From positions 42,408,001 to 42,472,000 of the forward strand of contig NC_043005.1 in assembly GCF_006345805.1 (NCBI RefSeq): DNA of 64,000 bases, in the 5' to 3' direction. The position numbers and the translations under genes were made by a program. Every line of letters begins with the position of its first letter. Positions within the stretch are counted from its first letter, which is position 1. Positions 56,976 to 64,000 of this stretch are shown here, piece by piece. This DNA is from Octopus sinensis. Taxonomy: Eukaryota. The notes below the pieces were generated by a model, which saw only the letters and a list, made by a program, of their open reading frames with translations, did not search any database and was not told the DNA's origin.

Positions 56976-57979
56976 AGCATCGGATGGTCTGGTTGTTATT
57001 GTAATACTATGACTAGAAAATACGTATGTGTATTAAATGAGACGAATGTGTATGCCTGTGTGTCTGTGTATGTGTATACCGTAGGGAACGATCAGTTTTG
57101 ATATTTCAGAATATATATATATATATATATATAAGTGGCCATCCACTTAGTTCATAGCAGAATGCTGACATAGATGTATATCTTTTATTTTTAATTGCAC
57201 GGTTCTGACCGACATCTGGATCAGAGTTTGTGTGATCGACATTTCTAGGGTAAAACATCTAACGGAGATGTGGGGACTTTGACAAATTTCCAACTGATTT
57301 GTAGAACAGAACATTTTTTTTTTTTTTCAGATAAGCTATATCGATTACTGCTGTAACACTATTACCGACATAAAGGATTAGTTTGACTGTTTCAGCCTAG
57401 CCATTAGAAATGTAGAATAAGGTGAGACAATTTGAATCACTTTCTTCTACTTTCAGTTTCTGTTTTCTCCTGGTGTCAAATACATAGTCTGGCACTGTCA
57501 AGTTTATTCTTATTCTTAACCTATGAACCGTTCCTACTCCGATAAGGTGTAATTAGATAGGCCTCTCATTTCTAAAGTCTATAGGTCATCTTATATACAT
57601 CTGTCTTGTTTAATTGTTACAAGTTCAGTTTCTTTCTTCTCTCTTTTTCTTTGGCTACCTTTCATTAAATTAATAAATTTCTAAGACAGTACAAGACGAT
57701 TGCATTTCTCTTCCTTTCTCAGCCATCTTTCCATCCCTTCTATCTTTCTTACTTTTCTCTCTCCGCCTCCTACCCTTACTTCTCTCACTCACATACACTC
57801 ACAAACACTGAAGCACACCCACACACACTCGTATATTTTCATTTGTTCAAATATGTCTGACATACATATATGACTTTATTAATAGTGAAATTGTCTTAAA
57901 GCATTACGAATACAAATTCTAATACGCAACCAAAGGCTCGAGTGCACATACGCATACGCACGCACACTCACAAAACGTA

Positions 57980-58003
57980 TATGTATGCATATATATAATA
58001 TAT

Positions 58004-58055
<52 letters not shown>

Positions 58056-58183
58056 GATGTATGTATATGTAAATATATATATATATTATATATTATATAT
58101 TATATATATATAAACACATACACTCGTACATATATATAAATATATGTATATATATATATATTCATATACATATATATAAATAA

Positions 58184-58227
<44 letters not shown>

Positions 58228-58274
58228 TATACATATATCTAAATAAATATATAATATATATATATATATATATA

Positions 58275-58327
<53 letters not shown>

Positions 58328-58372
58328 ATATATATAATATATATATTATATATATATAATATATATATATAT
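57980..58372. repeat. Long degenerate (TA)n tract
   Basis: Directly visible. Confidence 0.95.
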
Positions 58373-58669
58373 TTGTGTGTGTGTGTAATACACATACAGG
58401 AATCGAGAGTTTCGCAGCCTATTTGATACAAATCATCAAAAAGGTAAATTTTCATCAATGTTTTACCCTTTTCTCTCTTCTTTGAACAATTACTTGGCAC
58501 GCTTCAAACACTCTCCTAATATATACATCCTCGCAGTGACATGGCCCGGGTCAACCTCTGGCCGAATCATGCCTAAACTATCTAACTCATATAAAATATA
58601 CGTGTATGTGTTTGTGTGTGTGTGTGTATACAAATATATACATACTTATGTAAAAACTATGCATACACA

Positions 58670-59295
58670 TATTAATAGTTATCGCCAAGCTAACATGGCA
58701 GTCCTGGAAAATAGGACGAATGCTGCCGTTGATTAGCTCCAAGAGGCCATCACCTCTAGCTAGCTATGTGACACAGAAGCATGTGTCCATTATAACCTTC
58801 GAACAGGGGAGGTCAGCAGTTTCCCCTTGCTGGTTTGAGAACCACAGACTAGTTTCGGGGTAGTTGCCCCTTATCAATGTGGAGTAGCCGAACCCTGCAG
58901 GCGTCGCTGCAGACCATCTGTTCGAAGGTTTATTTTCCTAAATTCAGTGGAATACATTCAATGGTTTTCAAAAATAGAAATATTAAGATTTCTATATCTC
59001 TCTAAAGGAGACTACGGCAGCGGTACTTGATATTAATAGTTATCGCCAAGCTAACATGGCAGTCCAGAAAAATATGACGAATGCTGCCGTTGATTAGCTC
59101 CAAGAGGCTATCGCCTCTAGCTAGCTATGTGACACACAATCCTGTGTCCATTATACCCTTCGAACAGGGGAGGTCAGCAGCTCCCCCTTGCTGTTTGACA
59201 ACCACACACTAGTTTCGGGGTAGGTGCCCCTTATCGATGTGGAGTAGCCGAAACTAGTCTGTGGATGTCAAACCAGCAAGGGGAAGCTGCTGATC
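58670..59295 (-). mobile_element. Retrozyme-like tandem repeat (360-bp period) with a terminal inverted segment
   Basis: Near-identical blocks of about 220 bp start at 58670 and 59030. Each contains a hammerhead motif. 59248-59292 is an inverted copy of about 59175-59218. Confidence 0.75.
58842..58882 (-). ncRNA. Minimal type I hammerhead with variant core UUGAUAA (U3-A8)
   Basis: CCACA-UUGAUAA-GGGG(CAACUA)CCCC-GAAA-CUAG-UC/UGUGG. All stems pair perfectly. Confidence 0.75.
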
Positions 59296-59582
59296 GTGGG
59301 TAAGGCCAAAATGGGGTCATAATCCCGAAATATTGAATACAAAGTAAGTCTACATTAACTCATATATTCGTTTTCTTGTGATTTACCTTGCATTTACTTT
59401 GCATTGTTTTATACGATCTTTTATACAATATATTCTACACAATGCTTTATAGTAATTATTCCATTATATATATATATATAATGTGTTTTGAATGGCACTA
59501 CAATGCACTATAATAACGACGGTGTAATTCAATCATCCATAGTCTGATGTAATATTTCGGAATATAGAAATTCCTTCTTCAG

Positions 59583-59790
59583 ATATCGCTAGGGACAGAT
59601 CGAGTCACTGCTACAATCGGTTTTCCAGCGTTCTTTTTTTCTTTACCGTTTTCTTCTTCCGGAAGTGCCTCTGCACTGGCCTTACGAAGCGCCTTCAGGA
59701 ATTCCGCGTGAGAAGTGCTTGAGGGCGACCATGTCTCAGGGCTCGTGTGTGCTGGCACATTCATAGCGGTGCTTGTAATAAACGTATTAT
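59583..59790. other. GC-rich exon-like island, strand unresolved
   Basis: The minus strand gives MNVPAHTSPETWSPSSTSHAEFLKALRKASAEALPEEEN with a possible donor at 59646. The plus strand has an acceptor at 59582, open frames and AATAAA near 59775. Confidence 0.35.
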
Positions 59791-59955
59791 ACGTGATTTC
59801 CTCTTCCTTTCCTTTTTCTTTCTCACTCTCTTTTCCCTTTCTTTCTTCCTTTTTTTCCTTTTTTCCTTTACGCATGTATGTATGTATGTATATGGAGTAG
59901 GAGTTGATGTTTTCAAGAAACAATTTGACCTCCTGCTATCCAAGGTCCCTATATT

Positions 59956-60172
59956 AAGGCGTCGAGCTGGCAGAAACGTTAGCAAGCCTGGCGACCTGCG
60001 TAGCCGTATTTCGTCTGCCGTTACGTTCCGAGTTCAAATTCCGCCGAGGTCGACTTTGCCTTTCATCCTTTCGGGGTCGATAAATTAAGTACCAGTTACG
60101 CACTGAGGTCGATGTAATCGACTTAATCCCTTTGTCTGTCCTTGTTTGTCCTCTCTGTGTTTAGCCCCTTGT
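59956..60172 (+). mobile_element. SINE family 1 monomer
   Basis: Head, B box, core and tail. Confidence 0.92.
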
Positions 60173-60849
60173 AATATATATTACGGCAATAAATTCAAAA
60201 CAGGACAGCAGTATTGAACTGCCCTCCCACTTTACAAAATGGGAGTTGCATAATATAGGGCATTGAAAATGTAATTACAATGGCGATGCTCCAGTATGGT
60301 CACAGATTTTGGACTGAAAAGTGTAAAACAATAAAAGAAGAAAATATGGTGATTACTTCATCCTAACAGATGATTGCCATCATTTTTCTTTCTTTCTTTT
60401 TTTTTTTTTTTGCTTTCTTGTTAATAGCATACTGACATTCTATTCATGACCTCTCAGATTACTATTCAGTCCCGTTGCAAGTATGTAAGGTTAGTTCTGC
60501 CACTCTTCCGTCACTGTAGGACTTTCAGTAGACAGAAGGGCAAATGGGGTCATCACAAAGAGACATCTGTACGTCACAGAATTACAAGTGATAAATTCCT
60601 GTACAATATATAGTACTACTTTCTCAGTCTCCGTGATTAATACTTAGTGACAGACGGAAAAAGATGACTAGTAACAACGTGAAACCGCAGGTTTTACATC
60701 AGAAAGATTCTTCCCTAGAAGGATGCTGTAGCAATATCTAGGGCTTCCTCACTCCCATGATTTTACTACGTACATTAGCACTAACAAAGGCAATTTCTGC
60801 ATCCCCACGGTCAGATGTTATGTCATCAAATGCGTTAAAGTTAACCCAT

Positions 60850-61378
60850 TGTTGGGACGTTGATACGTGCTACTAGTCATGCCCATGGTTCCAGGTTCAG
60901 TCTCACTGAGTGGTACCTTGGGCAATTATCTTTTATTATTGCCTCGGGCCGACTAAAGCCTTGTTAGCGGATTTGGTACACAGAACCTGAAAGAATCTCG
61001 TCGTACATAGGCGCAGGCGTGGCTGTGTGGTAATACGCTTGCTTCCTTCAATTCAAAGGAAATATTTATTCTGGCGTTCGTTATTTTCCCCTCGTTCTGG
61101 TCTAACGACTCTCCATGTTTGCTTTCGTTCAGTTTCCTTGTATGTCTCCACTGTTCTGTTTTTGTTCCCAACTTTGACCCTCCATAAATGGTATTTATAG
61201 GAGCAATTGTCGTTGAATGCTCGAAATGAGGAGTAGATAGGTAGCCAACAACTGATGATGGTTCGTTCTTTGTGTTACTTGTTCTACTTTCCATTTTTTC
61301 TCTCGTTGTTTGCATATCTAGCTCGTTTGTTTTCGTACTTCATGTTGTTTACAGTTGGTGACGTCCTGTACCCATATA

Positions 61379-61438
<60 letters not shown>

Positions 61439-61672
61439 TATTTACATTATATGTATGTATGTGTATGTGATGTGTGTGTCTGTGTTTGCTCACCTACCAT
61501 TGCTTGATAACCGATGCTGGTGTGTTTACATCTCAGCAACTAAGCGGTTCGGCAAAAGAGACCGATAGAATAAGTACCAGGCTTACAAAGGATAAGTCCT
61601 GGGATCGATTTGTTCGACTAGAAGGCGGTGCTCCAGCATGACTACGGTCAAATGACCGAAACAAGTAAAAGG
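60850..61672 (+). mobile_element. SINE family 3 pieces (5' half 60850-61004, second head 61011-61048, 3' half 61488-61672)
   Basis: Segments match 15207-15540 and 29233-29606. Confidence 0.75.
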
Positions 61673-61850
61673 GTGAGAGAGAAAAAGAATATATATATTT
61701 ACATATGTATTAATATAAACAACTCGGCGCAACATTATATTTTAAAAGAAAAATTTTATCGTCACTAATTATGACTGACGGTGCCGAAGTGCCAATAATG
61801 TAAGAAATAAGGGTTAAAAACCCTTAATGCTATATGAAGCACGCAGTATA

Positions 61851-63071
61851 TTGGGTCATGCCGTAAATAATGCGATCTTTTATACTTTTTTTTTATTTTG
61901 AAAATTAAGCTGAACAAAGTTCTTTACTCTCTTTCATTTTCTTCCATGCTCTTCCATCTATCTGGTAGACTTACAAGCCCTATCTTCCAAAATTCACTTG
62001 TCTGTGTCAAAAATACTCCCCCAGTATTGTTCTGACCTCGTCTACAGAATTCATATTTTTTCCATCAAAATGATTTTGAAGTTTGCAGAATCCAGCGAAG
62101 ATGGTGGGTGGGGCATCGTCTCCCATTCAAACTACTCCAGCCTTTGGAATGTCATCTTGGCGGTATGTGGCTGAACATTATCCTGATGGATGAACACCAT
62201 TTGTCTTGAAACAAAACATGGTCGTTTTTCTTCTAGTGCTGACTTAAGCCGTTCAAGCTGCTCGCAGTAGATCGCGTTTGTTATCGTTTGGTTTAGGTTT
62301 AATTCAAAGTGGACTAAACCTGTCATATTCCACCAAACAGATAACAACATTTTATGAAGGTGAAGTCCTTCTTCCTGGGGTACCTGTGTTTCTCCTTTCC
62401 CTACCCACTGTCTTCGGGGCTTGGAATTTTTATAGAGAACCTCGTCACCAGTCACTATTTGGTCCAAAAAAGGTTCATTTGTGAGGCATGACAGTAAAGA
62501 AGAGCACACATTCATTCTCTGCGCGCGATTAGACTCGGAAAGTTTGTGAGGAACCCATTGACCCAAATTGCTGACTTATACGATGGCACGCGGGTTTCGA
62601 TGAATGGCTGAGTGACCAAATTCAAGCATCTATGCTTGTTCCTTAAGATTTACGATGGGATTTTGTTCCACTAGGGTTGCAGTACCTCCACGTCGACCTC
62701 TACAGATCTTCCAGGACGAGGCTCGTCTTCTAAACTGTTGTTTCCGACTCTTAATTTCTGGAACCCCCGTTGACACTGGCATACGCTTATTGTACGATCC
62801 CCAAATACTGCATTATTACCCCTCGCACTTTAGTTGTGTTGTTGGCCTTATTGAACTCATAACGCAAAATATCCCAAATATTCTCCTTTGTCACTTCCAT
62901 TATAGCTTTGTAAAAAATAACTGTTAAAATCGAACTGCACTCTTCAAAACTTGCACTAAGAATAAGTACAAAGTAAAATTACTACCTGCTTTTATAGCAA
63001 GTTGATGCGGGTAGTTTATCCTGTCACCCTCCGATTTTAGCTCATGCATTTGAAATAATGGGATGACCCAA
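61851..63071 (-). mobile_element. Near full-length mariner element, non-functional
   Basis: TIRs TTGGGTCATG.../...GATGACCCAA flanked by TA. Transposase 62900 to 61924 has WVPHKL, IVTGDE, HQDN and MPHPP, with stops and frameshifts. Confidence 0.92.
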
Positions 63072-63118
63072 TATATACACTGACAGGGGAGACAAACGCC
63101 TCAAGAGGCTCTATAGAG

Positions 63119-63169
63119 TCACTAGACTAGACTAGTTTCGCCTATCTGTCGTAGGCTCATCAGTAGTGA
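63119..63169 (-). ncRNA. Type I hammerhead ribozyme, all core nucleotides and stems intact
   Basis: UCACUA-CUGAUGA-GCCUA(CGACAGA)UAGGC-GAA-ACUA(GUC)UAGU-C/UAGUGA. Confidence 0.85.
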
Positions 63170-63344
63170 TTACTCAAATGCTCGGTAGCTTGGCTAAATC
63201 CGGCAGTCTGTGTATGTATTTTTACCCTAAAAATTTATGGCTGATTTAGTGAAATGCTAAGGTGTATATGAAATATTAATATAAGAAGGTAGGCGCAATA
63301 TAATGCTATAACACACATACACACACATATGCGTGCGTGTGTGT

Positions 63345-63423
<79 letters not shown>

Positions 63424-63451
63424 TGTGTGCGTGTGACTATGTGTCTGTGTT

Positions 63452-63645
63452 TGTCTCCCAACATCACCTGACAATTGGTATTGACGCAACTTAACTGTTC
63501 GGTAACTTTACTGTTCGGCAAAAGAGACCGATAGAATAAGGAGCAGCCTTAGAAAGAAAATGGGTACTCGAGTCGATTAGTTCGACTAAAATTCGTCAGA
63601 GCATTGCTCCAGCATGACCGCGGTCTAATAACTGAAACAGTTAAA
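63452..63645 (+). mobile_element. SINE family 3, 3' half, degenerate
   Basis: TTCGGCAAAAGAGACCGATAGAATAAG...CTCCAGCATGACCGCGG. Confidence 0.75.
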
Positions 63646-64000
63646 TGATATAATATAAAATGTATACGCATATATTTACATGTATACCTACCTACCTACC
63701 TATCTACCTACAGGCATACATACATACATATATCTATCCATACATACATACATACATGCATCCATCCATCCATCCATACATACATACATACATACATACA
63801 TACATACATTCATGCATGCATGCATGAATACATACATACATATACACTGACATTCATGCATACATATATATGTGCGTGCGCACGTATGTGTGTGCTTGTG
63901 TATAAATAAGGCAAAGAATGGAGTAGCAAGCTTTCTTTAATTCGCTCTGCAGGTTTCAGACAGGTGGTTGGCATTTAGAAATTCTGAGCTACAGTAATCA

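Noticed and set aside
57331-57421. Strong acceptor (T-run CAG) and GTGAG donor, 91 nt
   Set aside because: Stops in all three frames. It could only be a non-coding exon, which cannot be supported from sequence alone.

Overview
AT-rich (about 35% GC by eye), microsatellite-saturated animal DNA. The SINE families and repeat load point to a coleoid cephalopod, probably Octopus (inference, not verified). It reads as intronic or intergenic, and almost every ORF in the supplied track is a microsatellite or transposon artefact. Recognisable parts are four tRNA-derived SINE families (many copies, some multimeric or nested), six mariner remnants (two with both TIRs), R4/Dong-, RTE-, CR1- and other LINE fragments, three small Helitrons and a MITE. 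A few possible exons cannot be assigned to a gene. The most interesting signal is a set of minimal type I hammerhead ribozyme motifs from about five unrelated short repeat families, all with palindromic, dimer-type stem III. They include (i) a tRNA-headed, hammerhead-carrying SINE-like element in three copies, two of them joined head-to-head; (ii) a 360-bp tandem retrozyme-like element whose core has a compensatory U3-A8 pair; and (iii) a copy where a 5-nt duplication may make the ribozyme monomer-competent. Ribozyme activity is predicted from sequence only.
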